From positions 31,789-95,788 of the forward strand of contig JAJCZG010000122.1 in the NCBI GenBank assembly GCA_029262475.1: 64,000 nucleotides of DNA. The letters are read 5' to 3'. The translations under genes were made by a program, and so were the position numbers. Positions within the stretch are counted from its first letter, which is position 1, and each line of letters begins with the position of its first letter. The notes under the pieces were generated by a model. That model had not been told where the DNA came from. It searched no databases and was given only the letters and a program-made list of their open reading frames with translations. Origin of the DNA: Deltaproteobacteria bacterium. Its GTDB lineage: Bacteria; Desulfobacterota; GWC2-55-46; JAJCZF01. Shown piece after piece: positions 9,654-19,491 of this stretch.

Positions 9654-10715
9654 GTGGCTGAGGATAAATTTGATAAAACCGAACAGGCTACCCCCCGAAA
9701 GCTCGAACAGTCGAGAGAAAAGGGTGAGGTAGCCAAGAGTAAGGATGCGACGAGTGTTGTCATGCTTTTGGGTTCTATCGGTATTTTTTATTTTTTTAGC
9801 GATAATATAATCGAGAATATCAGTTCGCTCGTAAGGGATCTTTTTGCGGAGAGCGCAACCGTAGAGCTTACGGTAGCCAATGCACAGGGGCTTCTTTTGA
9901 AGATTTCAAAGGGGATACTATATATAATGATGCCGTTTCTCCTGTTGCCGCTTATAGGCCTTGTCGCGAATTTTCTCCAGATTGGTTTTATATTCTCCTT
10001 AACGCCCATTACACCGAAGCTCTCCAAGGTCAACCCCCTTTCGGGGCTTAAGCGCCTCTTTGGAGCAGCAGCGGGAATGGAGTTTTTAAAGAGCCTGGCA
10101 AAGATGGTCATAGTAGGTTTTGTCGCCTTCAGCGTCTTAAAAGATGAAGTCCAAAACTTCGGAGAGCTCGCTGATACGGAGACGATGACGATGTTTATGT
10201 ATCTCGGGACCATATCATTTAAAGTGCTGGTCAGGAGCGCGTGGGTTCTCGTAGTTATAGCCCTTATCGATTTCATCTTCCAGAAGTGGGAGAAGAATAG
10301 AAATATGAAGATGAGTAAGCACGAGATAAAAGAAGAGTATAAGGACACGGAAGGTCAACCGCTCGTGAAGGCGCGTATCAGGTCTCTTCAGCGCTCACTT
10401 GCAAAGCAGAGGATGATGCAGGAGGTCCCCGAGGCTACGGTGGTAATAACAAACCCGACTCACTTCAGTGTGGCCCTTAAGTACGAACAGGGGACGATGA
10501 GCGCCCCTGTGGTAGTCGCCAAAGGCGCTGGTGTCGCTGCAAAGAAGATAAGGGAGATAGCAAAGGAGAACGGGGTTCCGCTGGTGGAGAATAAACCTCT
10601 GGCCAGAGCCCTATGGAAGCTCGTCGAGGTAGGTTCCGAAGTGCCGGAAAACCTCTATCAGGCGATTGCAGAGGTCCTTGCGTATGTCTTTAAACTTAAA
10701 AAAGGAATCGCGTAG
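9654..10715 (+). CDS. flhB: Flagellar export switch protein FlhB (GTG start)
   Basis: N-terminus AEDKFDKTEQATPRKLEQSREKGEVAKSKD. Four TM segments and a C-terminal autocleavage-domain region (NPTH motif present: VVITNPTHFSVALKY). Confidence 0.92.
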   Translation: MAEDKFDKTEQATPRKLEQSREKGEVAKSKDATSVVMLLGSIGIFYFFSDNIIENISSLVRDLFAESATVELTVANAQGLLLKISKGILYIMMPFLLLPLIGLVANFLQIGFIFSLTPITPKLSKVNPLSGLKRLFGAAAGMEFLKSLAKMVIVGFVAFSVLKDEVQNFGELADTETMTMFMYLGTISFKVLVRSAWVLVVIALIDFIFQKWEKNRNMKMSKHEIKEEYKDTEGQPLVKARIRSLQRSLAKQRMMQEVPEATVVITNPTHFSVALKYEQGTMSAPVVVAKGAGVAAKKIREIAKENGVPLVENKPLARALWKLVEVGSEVPENLYQAIAEVLAYVFKLKKGIA

Positions 10716-12799
10716 TGCCAACACTTGTCGATAAAATACAGGCGCTTTTGCCGAAGCAGTCGGGCGAGCTGGTTATACCGTTCGGGATAGTTGCTATCCT
10801 CGGCGTCATGATCATACCGCTTCCGTCTATAATCCTTGACTTCATGCTCTCGATTAATATAGCCATAGGTATAATTATACTGCTCGTTTCCGTACATGTG
10901 CTTAAACCGCTTAATTTTTCGTTATTCCCGACGGTGCTCCTCATAACGACCCTCTTCAGGCTATCTCTTAATGTGGCCTCTACGAGGCTCATCCTCCTTC
11001 ATGGTGATGAGGGTCCTCACGCAGCCGGTCAGGTCATAAAGGCATTCGGGCAGTTTGTCGTCGGCGGTAATTTTGCAGTGGGTCTCGTAATTTTCATAAT
11101 ACTCGTAATAATTAACTTTGCCGTCATAACCAAGGGCGCGGGAAGGATCGCAGAGGTAAGTGCCAGGTTCGTCCTCGACGCTCTCCCGGGCAAGCAGATG
11201 TCCATAGACGCCGACCTTAACGCAGGGCTCATAACCGACGACGAGGCCAAGGAGCGTAGAGACGAGACGGCTATGGAAGCTAATTTTTACGGTGCCATGG
11301 ACGGTGCCAGTAAATTCGTCCGTGGAGACGCAGTAGCCGGTATACTAATAACGATGATAAATCTCATCGGCGGATTTATAATAGGCATTGTGCAGCAGGG
11401 CATGGACTTTGAGGAGGCGATAGCCGTCTACTCGGTGCTGACCATAGGCGACGGATTGGTGGCGCAGATACCGGCGATTATCATAAGTACCGCAGCCGGT
11501 GTTATAGTGACCAGGACGTCGAGCAAGAAGCACATCGGTCAGGATTTAGCACAGCAGATTCTCACAAAGCCCAAGGCCATCGGGAGCGCTTCAGCCATCC
11601 TTATTATTATGGGCCTTGTTCCGGGGCTCCCGCACGTAGCCTTTCTGAGTCTGGGCGCTATTACCGGCGCAATAGCCTATCTTAGCTCCACCAAATACAA
11701 GTCGAGTCTTATGGGCGAAGCCGAAGCCCCCGAACCGCTCCCCGTCGAGGAAGAACCCTCTGAGGAGACCGTCGAGATGACGCCTATAGATCCGCTCTCG
11801 ATGGAAGTTGGTTACAGGCTAATACCTCTGGTAGATACCTCAGCCGGCGGAGAGCTTTTGGACAGGATAAAGGCGATGAGAAAGCAATCAGCCTCCGAGA
11901 CCGGTTTTATGGTGCCGCCGATTCATATCAAGGATAACCTCCAGCTTAAACCCGAGGAGTATGTCTTTCTCCTGAAGGGGGTTGAGATAGGGAGAGGGGA
12001 CGTGAAGACGAGCCATTCGCTGGCCATTGACCCGGGTAACGCAGAGTCGGGGCTAGACGGAATACCAACGACTGAACCTGCCTTCGGCCTACCGGCTCTC
12101 TGGATAGAGGACGAGACGAAGGAGAATGCGAAGATGATGGGCTATACCGTGGTGAACCCGGCCATAGTAATAGTGACGCACCTTACCGAGATAATACGAG
12201 CCAACTCACACGAGATACTTTCGAGGCAGGATGTGCAGACGATCCTCGACGGACTTGCAAAGACGCATCCAAAGGTAGTAGAAGAATTAGTGCCGGCCCT
12301 TATGAGTACCGGCGCCGTGCAAAAGGTATTTAAAAATCTCCTCAAGGAGAGGGTATCCATGCGCGATATCCTGACGATAGTCGAGACACTTGCCGACTAT
12401 GCTCCGTTCCTTAAGGATACTGACTCTCTTACCGAGAGCGTTCGACAGGCGCTTGCAAGGAATATTACAAGGCAGTACTCTACCGACCAGGGAGAGCTGC
12501 CGGTTATGATTATGGACTCTACCATCGAAGATAAGGTCTCAAAGGCGGTCAACCCCTCTGATGACGGTTCCGTAAGGGCGCTTGACCCGAGGACGGCAGA
12601 AACGATGATAACGGGTATCTCGACCGGCATGCAGGAGATGGTGGCGACCGGGTATCAGCCTATTATAATGACTTCACCCGAGATAAGGCGTTATCTCAGG
12701 TTAATTACCGAAAAGGTTTTACCCTCGCTTATAGTTATATCAACGGCTGAGATTGCCGGAAACGTTAAAATAAAAAATGTAAAGGTGGTGACTCTTTAG
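10715..12799 (+). CDS. flhA: Flagellar export apparatus protein FlhA (GTG start overlapping the flhB stop)
   Basis: 694 aa: an N-terminal 8-TM region plus a large cytoplasmic domain, with a typical FlhA N-terminus (LVIPFGIVAILGVMIIPLP). Confidence 0.95.
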   Translation: MPTLVDKIQALLPKQSGELVIPFGIVAILGVMIIPLPSIILDFMLSINIAIGIIILLVSVHVLKPLNFSLFPTVLLITTLFRLSLNVASTRLILLHGDEGPHAAGQVIKAFGQFVVGGNFAVGLVIFIILVIINFAVITKGAGRIAEVSARFVLDALPGKQMSIDADLNAGLITDDEAKERRDETAMEANFYGAMDGASKFVRGDAVAGILITMINLIGGFIIGIVQQGMDFEEAIAVYSVLTIGDGLVAQIPAIIISTAAGVIVTRTSSKKHIGQDLAQQILTKPKAIGSASAILIIMGLVPGLPHVAFLSLGAITGAIAYLSSTKYKSSLMGEAEAPEPLPVEEEPSEETVEMTPIDPLSMEVGYRLIPLVDTSAGGELLDRIKAMRKQSASETGFMVPPIHIKDNLQLKPEEYVFLLKGVEIGRGDVKTSHSLAIDPGNAESGLDGIPTTEPAFGLPALWIEDETKENAKMMGYTVVNPAIVIVTHLTEIIRANSHEILSRQDVQTILDGLAKTHPKVVEELVPALMSTGAVQKVFKNLLKERVSMRDILTIVETLADYAPFLKDTDSLTESVRQALARNITRQYSTDQGELPVMIMDSTIEDKVSKAVNPSDDGSVRALDPRTAETMITGISTGMQEMVATGYQPIIMTSPEIRRYLRLITEKVLPSLIVISTAEIAGNVKIKNVKVVTL

Positions 12800-13846
12800 A
12801 TGCATATCAAACGATTCATAGGGGATACGATTGAGAGCGCACTTGTTGATGTAAAAAAGGAGTTTGGCGAGGAGGCTGTAATCCTTTCCACAAGGAAGGT
12901 AGGTGTAGCCTCGGAGGTCATCGCCGCAATCGACTTCGACGCTGATGAGATTGTTAAAACGATGGGGTCAAATGAGGAGTTCCGACGGGGTCTCGGCGGG
13001 GTTCAGGAAGAGATAAACGAACTGAGGACGTTATTTTCGAATGTAGCTGGCTCTAATGTAAAAAAAGACCTCATAAAGATTGGCAGAGGGGCTGTAAAAG
13101 TGTACGATGAACTTACCAGCCGTGGGGTGGACGAAAAGATCTCCCATAAACTAATAAGGGCCGCTGCGCTCGCCACATCAGATGGGGACTTGAGTCTTAA
13201 GGAAAATTGTCTTAAGATAATAAGAGAAAAGACAGAAGTGGTAAATCCTCTAAAGGGGAGGGGCGGGCCGAGGCTCATCGCCTTCGTTGGCTCCACAGGT
13301 GCCGGTAAGACCACAACTCTTTCAAAGATAGCCGCAGGGCTCAGGAAAAAACGCGGCGTTGATGTCGGTATAATAAGCATCGACAACAAGCGTCCGGGCT
13401 CCTCCGAGGCGATTAAACAGTGTGGTCGTCAATTCGATATCGATGTGGCAACTCCCGGAACCAGAAGTGACTTTAACAGGGCGCTCTGGAAAGGGCGCAA
13501 GAAAGATGTTATCCTAATTGATACCCCTGGTATCAACCCGAGAGTTGACAAATCCGTCTCCGCCCTTAAACAGATGCTCGGCGGCGGATTACCTATAAAA
13601 CTGGCCCTTGTATTAAGCGTTACCTCGCGTGATGAAGCCCAGAGGGACGCCTGTAAAGGTTTTAGTAAAATGCCTCTCGACTGCCTCGTCTACACGAGGA
13701 TAGATGAGGCCCGAAATTTTGGAAGTATTTTAAATACTGCGGCTATGATAAAGAAACCGATTGCGTACTTGTGTGACGGCCAGAGGATTCCCGATGATAT
13801 CGGGGCCGCCTCCGGTGAATCCATCGGAAATCTGGTGTTGAGGTGA
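12800..13846 (+). CDS. flhF: Flagellar biosynthesis SRP-type GTPase FlhF
   Basis: N-terminal B-domain (MHIKRFIGDTIESALVDVKKEFGEEAVILSTRKV). SRP-GTPase P-loop (FVGSTGAGKTTTLSKIAA) and a DTPG motif. Confidence 0.9.
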   Translation: MHIKRFIGDTIESALVDVKKEFGEEAVILSTRKVGVASEVIAAIDFDADEIVKTMGSNEEFRRGLGGVQEEINELRTLFSNVAGSNVKKDLIKIGRGAVKVYDELTSRGVDEKISHKLIRAAALATSDGDLSLKENCLKIIREKTEVVNPLKGRGGPRLIAFVGSTGAGKTTTLSKIAAGLRKKRGVDVGIISIDNKRPGSSEAIKQCGRQFDIDVATPGTRSDFNRALWKGRKKDVILIDTPGINPRVDKSVSALKQMLGGGLPIKLALVLSVTSRDEAQRDACKGFSKMPLDCLVYTRIDEARNFGSILNTAAMIKKPIAYLCDGQRIPDDIGAASGESIGNLVLR

Positions 13847-13857
13847 AGGGAGTTTAG

Positions 13858-14691
13858 ATGAAGAAACGAAAAGACCCGCTAAAGGTCATATCCATTTCGA
13901 GCGGTAAGGGCGGGGTCGGGAAGACGAATGTCTCGGCGAATTTGGCCGTGGCCCTGGCCAGGCAAGGCTCAAGTGTAATCGTGCTGGATGCCGATCTTGG
14001 GTTAGGAAACCTTGACGTGCTTCTGGGGCTAGCTCCGAGGTTCAACTTCGGGCACGTCATAAGGGGTGAAAAGACCCTTGAGGAAATTATAGTCGACGGT
14101 CCGGACGGGGTGAGGATAATCCCAGCCGCTTCGGGGATTCAGGAGCTTACCACCCTCGATGCCAATCAGAAGATAAATCTCTTCAGCCAGGTGGAAAACC
14201 TAAATGACAAAGTCGATATACTGCTAATAGATACAGCTGCGGGGATATCGCATAACGTACTCTTCTTTAACCTCGTGGCAGCCGAGAAGATAATCGTGGC
14301 AAACCCGGAGCCTACGTCCATAATCGACGCATACGCCCTTATGAAGGTCCTCCATCTAAAGCATGGGGAGAAGAAATTCAACCTCCTCGTGAACCAGGCC
14401 AGGAACAAGGATGACGGGCTTGAAGTCTACAGGAATATTACCGTCGTCTCTGACAAGTATCTTAATGTTTCACTCGACTACCTTGGCTACATACCTTATG
14501 ACGAGAATTTACCAAAGGCGGTAAGACAGCAAAAGGCGGTGCTTGAAGTATACCCTGATTCAGAGTCATCCAAGGGTTTTATGAGACTGGCTGAGGTCGT
14601 AAGAGAATTTCCGCCTTCTGAGTTTAACGATAATCTGCAATTCTTCATCGGCGAGGACGAGAATTCAGTAATGGAGCGTAACCCGGCATGA
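13858..14691 (+). CDS. flhG: MinD/ParA-type ATPase FlhG (FleN/YlxH), the flagellar number regulator
   Basis: Deviant Walker A (SSGKGGVGKTNVSANLAVALA) and its position after flhF. Confidence 0.9.
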   Translation: MKKRKDPLKVISISSGKGGVGKTNVSANLAVALARQGSSVIVLDADLGLGNLDVLLGLAPRFNFGHVIRGEKTLEEIIVDGPDGVRIIPAASGIQELTTLDANQKINLFSQVENLNDKVDILLIDTAAGISHNVLFFNLVAAEKIIVANPEPTSIIDAYALMKVLHLKHGEKKFNLLVNQARNKDDGLEVYRNITVVSDKYLNVSLDYLGYIPYDENLPKAVRQQKAVLEVYPDSESSKGFMRLAEVVREFPPSEFNDNLQFFIGEDENSVMERNPA

Positions 14692-15422
14692 ATAATCTAG
14701 AGATGCTTCAAGGCACAAAGGAGGAGAGGGACTCTTTCACAATGGAGTATGCCCCCCTCGTTAAGATCATAGCCATGCGTTTGGCTATGCGTCTGCCCTC
14801 TCATATCGACGTGGAAGATCTTATTAACGTCGGAGTCGCCGGACTCCTTGAGTCCATAGACAGGTTCGACGCCTCCAGGGGCGTTAAGATTGAAACGTAC
14901 CTTACCTTCAGGATAAAGGGCGCTATGCTCGACGAACTGAGGCGTCTCGACTGGCTCCCCAGGTCTGTGAGGCAAAAGGCCCGCCATCTGGAAGAGGAGT
15001 TCCAGGCACTTGAAAATACCCTCGGAAGGTCTCCCGTGGAAGAGGAGATGGCCGAGCACCTTGGCATAGGGATGGATGAGTATTACAAACTTCTTAACGA
15101 CGCAAGCGGCACTGCGGTGCTTAGCCTCGACGATATGGGCTTTTCCAGAGGCGAGGACGCCAGGAATATCCTGGAGTGCATATCCGACCCCAACTGCGTC
15201 GATCCTGTCGCCGAACTGGATCTTAAGGAAAATAAGGTGATTTTAAGCAGGACCATCGACGAACTCCCGGAGAAGGAGAAGCTGGTACTCTCCCTATACT
15301 ATTACGAGGACTTGAACCTTAAGGAGATTGGGAAGGTGCTCGGAGTGTCGGAATCCAGGGTCAGTCAACTCCACACGCAGGCAATACTGAAGCTCAAGAC
15401 AAGACTCCGGAAGGTTATGTAG
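14688..15422 (+). CDS. fliA: RNA polymerase sigma factor FliA (sigma28)
   Basis: Sigma70 region 2 and region 4 (YYYEDLNLKEIGKVLGVSESRVSQLHTQAILKLK). Its position after flhG is classic. Confidence 0.9.
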   Translation: MNNLEMLQGTKEERDSFTMEYAPLVKIIAMRLAMRLPSHIDVEDLINVGVAGLLESIDRFDASRGVKIETYLTFRIKGAMLDELRRLDWLPRSVRQKARHLEEEFQALENTLGRSPVEEEMAEHLGIGMDEYYKLLNDASGTAVLSLDDMGFSRGEDARNILECISDPNCVDPVAELDLKENKVILSRTIDELPEKEKLVLSLYYYEDLNLKEIGKVLGVSESRVSQLHTQAILKLKTRLRKVM

Positions 15423-15874
15423 CAGTACGCCCTGTGCCCCACCCGACCCCCATTAAGTCTTTCCGTAAATTTTCATGCTTTCAATATACGACCTTCATGT
15501 CCTTTTATCCCCTGTTAAGTTACCAAGGAAGAGCTGCCTCCGAAGAAATACAGTTTAGGCCCTTTTGTAATCACGAGATAGACGCTCTTAGAGGTTCTTT
15601 CTCATTATCATTTTATACTATATTTTATATTAGATTCCATCCTCCTCACCCTCGCGTTCACGCTCGCTTAGCATATCGTACTACTCTGGTTGAAGCATTT
15701 AAAATAAGTTAAAGTTATCAATGGATAAACCGAAGAAGAGTATATAGGACGGTTTACCAAATACTCAATACTCTGCTCTGCTTTACGGTTTAAACACTTG
15801 TTTTTGTGTCAGAGTATTTAATGGGTTATCCAGGCATCCGGCTATAACTTAATCAAACGGGGGATTAGACTGCC

Positions 15875-17758
15875 ATGTCGGAACTAGATAAGTTGCTTGA
15901 ACTCTTGGATTCACACGACGATACTATAAGGCATGAAGCTGTGAGCGCACTCGGGAAAATCACTGACGAGAGAGCCATAACACGCCTTGTAGAGCTTCTT
16001 AAGGACCCACACCCGCTCATAAAGGATGAGGCTGTGAACTCCCTTGTGCGGATAGGAGACGAATCAGTAGTAGATGCGGTAGTGCCGCTTCTTTATTCCA
16101 ATGAAGTTTACGTCAGGAATATCTCACTTGAAATCCTTTCTCGTCTCGGCGAAGTTTCTATAAAGAGCCTAACCAACCTCCTTGATGAAGAGGACGTTGA
16201 TGTCTTAAAATTCGTTATTGATATCATCGGACTTATTGGCAGCCACGACCCTGTGCCGGAGATGATATCTCTTCTAAAACATCCGAATGCGAATATACGC
16301 TCCGCCGTGGCCGTGACATTTGGAAATATACACGCCACCGAGGCAATAGACCCCCTTGTAGAGGGTCTGAGCGACGATGACGAATGGGTCCGTTTCTCTA
16401 TACTTGAAGCTCTGGGCTCTATAGGGGGGCCGGAGATTACGGAGAAGCTCCTCGATATATTCCGTGCCATCGACGTCTCTCGTATCGCTGCACTTGACGC
16501 ACTTAGCATGCTTGCCGCACCGGAGGACTGCGAGAAGGTGATGCACATCCTTGCATCCCCCGGCGTATCGCATATACTTAGCGTCGATACGGTCGTTAAG
16601 TTTGTAGAAAGATTCACCGGACACATAAGCGACTCGGATAAGAGCATCTTTTTGGAGATCCTCTCAGGAAAACTCCACGAAGCGGATCTTTACGAACAGC
16701 ATGACATATTAAGGGGGCTGGCCATTCTCGGTGATAGCGGCGCCATAGATACGCTACTGCTCTTCGCGGTCACCAAGTACTATCAGGAAGATACAAGGAT
16801 ACTATTAAAGGACGCGATAATTGCCTCATCAGATACCGATAAGATTGTTAACGCGATAAGGGATTATCCGGAGCAGATACTCGTATTCGTAGAGGCTCTC
16901 TCTGAGATGAAGGACCCGGGGACTGTCGCCGTTATGAACGAGGTCCTTCAGAAGTCCACTGATACGAGGGTCAGAAATGTGGTAGTTGAGGGGCTTGGTA
17001 ACATTAATACTACAGAGTGTTTTGAACCTCTCCTTGCTGTCCTCTCCGACTCTGACAGCAAGATCAGGAAGACGGGAGTAAGGGCCCTTGCAGCGCTCGG
17101 CGACGAAAGGGCAGTAGGCCCGTTATTCGATCTTGCAACGAGTGAGCAGTATAACGATGTTATAGAAGTGATAGGGGAGGCTATAAATACCTTCTCCGAT
17201 GATTCGGTTTTAGTTCCTGCAATCGATCTCTTGAAAAATGATTCGGAGAAGCTCAGGGTCGTAGCTGCAGAGTGTCTCTCCGGCAGGTTTTGCGATGGAG
17301 CTAAGGGCGCACTTGAAACGTCCCTTAAGGATAAAGAGGCTCCGGTAAGGAGCGCCGCCATCAGGTCGCTTGCAACATTTGAGGGGGAAGAGATCCCGGC
17401 TCTCATAGCAAGCGCATTCGGCGACTGTGAAAAGGAGGTAAGACTCTCCGCCCTTGAGGTGCTCGCCGCACGTTCCGACTCTGATAATTTCATCATAACC
17501 GCACTCTCGGATGAAGATATGTGGGTACGCTTCAAGGCTGTAAACATCATCGGTGAGAAGAAGCTAGAAGATGCGGAGGGGAAGCTAATTGAGCTCCTTG
17601 GTAGCGACCTGGTTCCTGTAAAGATAAGTTCTGCTCGAGCGCTAGGCACCCTCGGCGCAAAGGCAGCCGTCGAACCGCTTAAGGCATTTATTGACCATGA
17701 GGATCAGAACCTTAAAGAGGCGGCCATACAGGCCATTGAGCAGTGTGAAGCAGTTTAG
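15875..17758 (+). CDS. HEAT/PBS-lyase repeat protein (627 aa) embedded between fliA and the che genes
   Basis: More than 12 tandem repeats of the pattern D..VR..A..ALG.IG[DG]..A...L..LL.D (HEAT_2 / PBS lyase-like). Confidence 0.7.
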   Translation: MSELDKLLELLDSHDDTIRHEAVSALGKITDERAITRLVELLKDPHPLIKDEAVNSLVRIGDESVVDAVVPLLYSNEVYVRNISLEILSRLGEVSIKSLTNLLDEEDVDVLKFVIDIIGLIGSHDPVPEMISLLKHPNANIRSAVAVTFGNIHATEAIDPLVEGLSDDDEWVRFSILEALGSIGGPEITEKLLDIFRAIDVSRIAALDALSMLAAPEDCEKVMHILASPGVSHILSVDTVVKFVERFTGHISDSDKSIFLEILSGKLHEADLYEQHDILRGLAILGDSGAIDTLLLFAVTKYYQEDTRILLKDAIIASSDTDKIVNAIRDYPEQILVFVEALSEMKDPGTVAVMNEVLQKSTDTRVRNVVVEGLGNINTTECFEPLLAVLSDSDSKIRKTGVRALAALGDERAVGPLFDLATSEQYNDVIEVIGEAINTFSDDSVLVPAIDLLKNDSEKLRVVAAECLSGRFCDGAKGALETSLKDKEAPVRSAAIRSLATFEGEEIPALIASAFGDCEKEVRLSALEVLAARSDSDNFIITALSDEDMWVRFKAVNIIGEKKLEDAEGKLIELLGSDLVPVKISSARALGTLGAKAAVEPLKAFIDHEDQNLKEAAIQAIEQCEAV

Positions 17759-17788
17759 TAGATTATCTATAAGGCCTGGAGTATATAG

Positions 17789-18625
17789 ATGAGCAAATAT
17801 AAAATGAATAAAGCAGTCTTCCTGCAGGTGAGGGATTTTATATATGAACACTGTGGGATCTATTTCAACGAAAATAAGATTTACCTCCTTGAGGACAGGC
17901 TCTCCCACAGGATAGAAGAGAGGAAGCTTTCTTCATACGAAGAATATCTTTACTTCCTTCAGTATGACCCCAAGAGGCCTGAAGAGCTTAAAAGTCTCTA
18001 TAACTCCATCACCACGAATGAGACGAGCTTCTTTCGAGACCCGACTCAGCTTGACGCCTTCAAGACCGGAGCGCTTCCAATGGTTCTTGAGGCTAAAAAA
18101 CCGCACGACAAGGTCCTCCGTATATGGAGTGCCGGATGTTCGACAGGCGAGGAACCATATACGCTCGCGATGATGCTCGTTGAAGAGGGGCTTTTCATGA
18201 AAGGCTGGAGGGTTGAGATACTGGCAAGCGACATTAGCGATAGGGTAATAAACTCTGCGAAGAAGGCCCTTTACCCGGAGTATTCCATAAGGAATACTCC
18301 TGCCGCTATCATGAAGAAATATTTTACGAAGACGCCGGAGGGGTATCAGGTAAATAATGAGATAAAAAGGATGGTGCGCTTTCTAAATATTAACCTCTTT
18401 GATTCAGGTCAGGTTAGAGCTGCACTTACCGCTGATATTATCTTTTGCAGGAATGTAATTATCTACTTCGACGACGACTCGAAGAGAAAAGTAATGGGTC
18501 ACTTTCACGACCGTTTGACTGATAGCGGCATATTGGTACTTGGGTTCTCAGAGACACTTATAAACCTCACAAGGGCGTTTAGGCCCAAGGGCATTAACAG
18601 GTGTGTCGTTTATCAAAAGGCATAA
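17789..18625 (+). CDS. cheR: Chemotaxis protein methyltransferase CheR
   Basis: CheR SAM-binding motifs (RIWSAGCSTGEEPYTLAMML, ILASDISDRVINSAKKALY, IFCRNVIIYFD). Confidence 0.9.
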   Translation: MSKYKMNKAVFLQVRDFIYEHCGIYFNENKIYLLEDRLSHRIEERKLSSYEEYLYFLQYDPKRPEELKSLYNSITTNETSFFRDPTQLDAFKTGALPMVLEAKKPHDKVLRIWSAGCSTGEEPYTLAMMLVEEGLFMKGWRVEILASDISDRVINSAKKALYPEYSIRNTPAAIMKKYFTKTPEGYQVNNEIKRMVRFLNINLFDSGQVRAALTADIIFCRNVIIYFDDDSKRKVMGHFHDRLTDSGILVLGFSETLINLTRAFRPKGINRCVVYQKA

Positions 18626-18640
18626 TCGAGGGAGAAACTT

Positions 18641-19003
18641 ATGAGTGAAAATATTTTAGTAGTTGACGACTGCGATACAACAAGAAAGATCATATCTTAT
18701 ATGGTGAAGGGAGCAGGGCTTAATCCTATCGGGGCGACAAACGGCCTGGACGCCCTGGAAAAACTGGCGCAACATGATATAGCCGTAGTGGTGACAGACC
18801 TCAATATGCCTCAGATGGACGGCTTCGAACTCGTAACGAATATCAGGGATAACCAGGCGCTTATGGATATCCCGGTGATTATGGTCACAACGGAAGCGGA
18901 CGAACTGAAGAAGAATCTTGGGCTTAGCGCCGGCGTGGATATCTTCATGTCCAAACCCATTACATCAAAATGGCTCACTTATCAGCTTCGAAAGTTGATC
19001 TGA
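18641..19003 (+). CDS. Single-domain response regulator (CheY-like receiver)
   Basis: REC-domain residues: DD at the N-terminus, the phospho-acceptor Asp in VVTDLNMPQMDG, and T and K in MVTT / SKP. Confidence 0.8.
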   Translation: MSENILVVDDCDTTRKIISYMVKGAGLNPIGATNGLDALEKLAQHDIAVVVTDLNMPQMDGFELVTNIRDNQALMDIPVIMVTTEADELKKNLGLSAGVDIFMSKPITSKWLTYQLRKLI

Positions 19004-19046
19004 TATTTTAAAACTAGAACGAATTTTAATAACCGGAGGATGAAAA

Positions 19047-19424
19047 ATGGCTGATCTAAAGATGAAAGTATTGCTTGTAGATGACTTTTCAACAATGAGG
19101 CGTATCATCAAAAACCTCTTGAAGGAGGTTGGATTTACGAATATCGACGAAGCTGAGAACGGCAACGCCGCTCTTGAAAAGCTAAAAGGCGGTGACTTCG
19201 ACTTCGTCATATCTGATTGGAATATGCCTGTCATGACCGGCATAGACCTTTTGAGGGCCGTACGTGCAGACGGGAACTTGAAGGAGATGCCCTTCCTGAT
19301 GGTGACGGCAGAGGCGAAGCAGGAGAATATCGTCGAGGCCCTTCAGGCCGGAGTGAGCAACTATATCGTTAAACCCTTCACCTCCAAGACATTGCAGGAG
19401 AAGATAGACAAGATATTCGACTAA
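19047..19424 (+). CDS. cheY: Chemotaxis response regulator CheY
   Basis: Canonical Che[20 protein letters not shown]...[20 protein letters not shown]...[13 protein letters not shown]...NYIVKPFT. Confidence 0.92.
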   Translation: MADLKMKVLLVDDFSTMRRIIKNLLKEVGFTNIDEAENGNAALEKLKGGDFDFVISDWNMPVMTGIDLLRAVRADGNLKEMPFLMVTAEAKQENIVEALQAGVSNYIVKPFTSKTLQEKIDKIFD

Positions 19425-19491
19425 GCGGCGTAGTGGATTTCTTAAACGGAGGCCAGTGGCCTCTTCTCTAAGGTGAAACGGAGGAGAATGG

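Noticed and set aside
15434-15712. 92-aa ORF in the fliA-HEAT intergenic region
   Set aside because: No ribosome-binding site, odd composition (His/Pro/Phe-rich) and no motif. It is more likely non-coding spacer, which is reported instead as a long intergenic region.
15713-15740. Weak sigma28-like site TAAA-N15-aCCGAAGA upstream of the HEAT gene
   Set aside because: Only 5 of 8 -10 positions match, and it is much poorer than the other four sigma28 sites in the window. It is kept only as a note.
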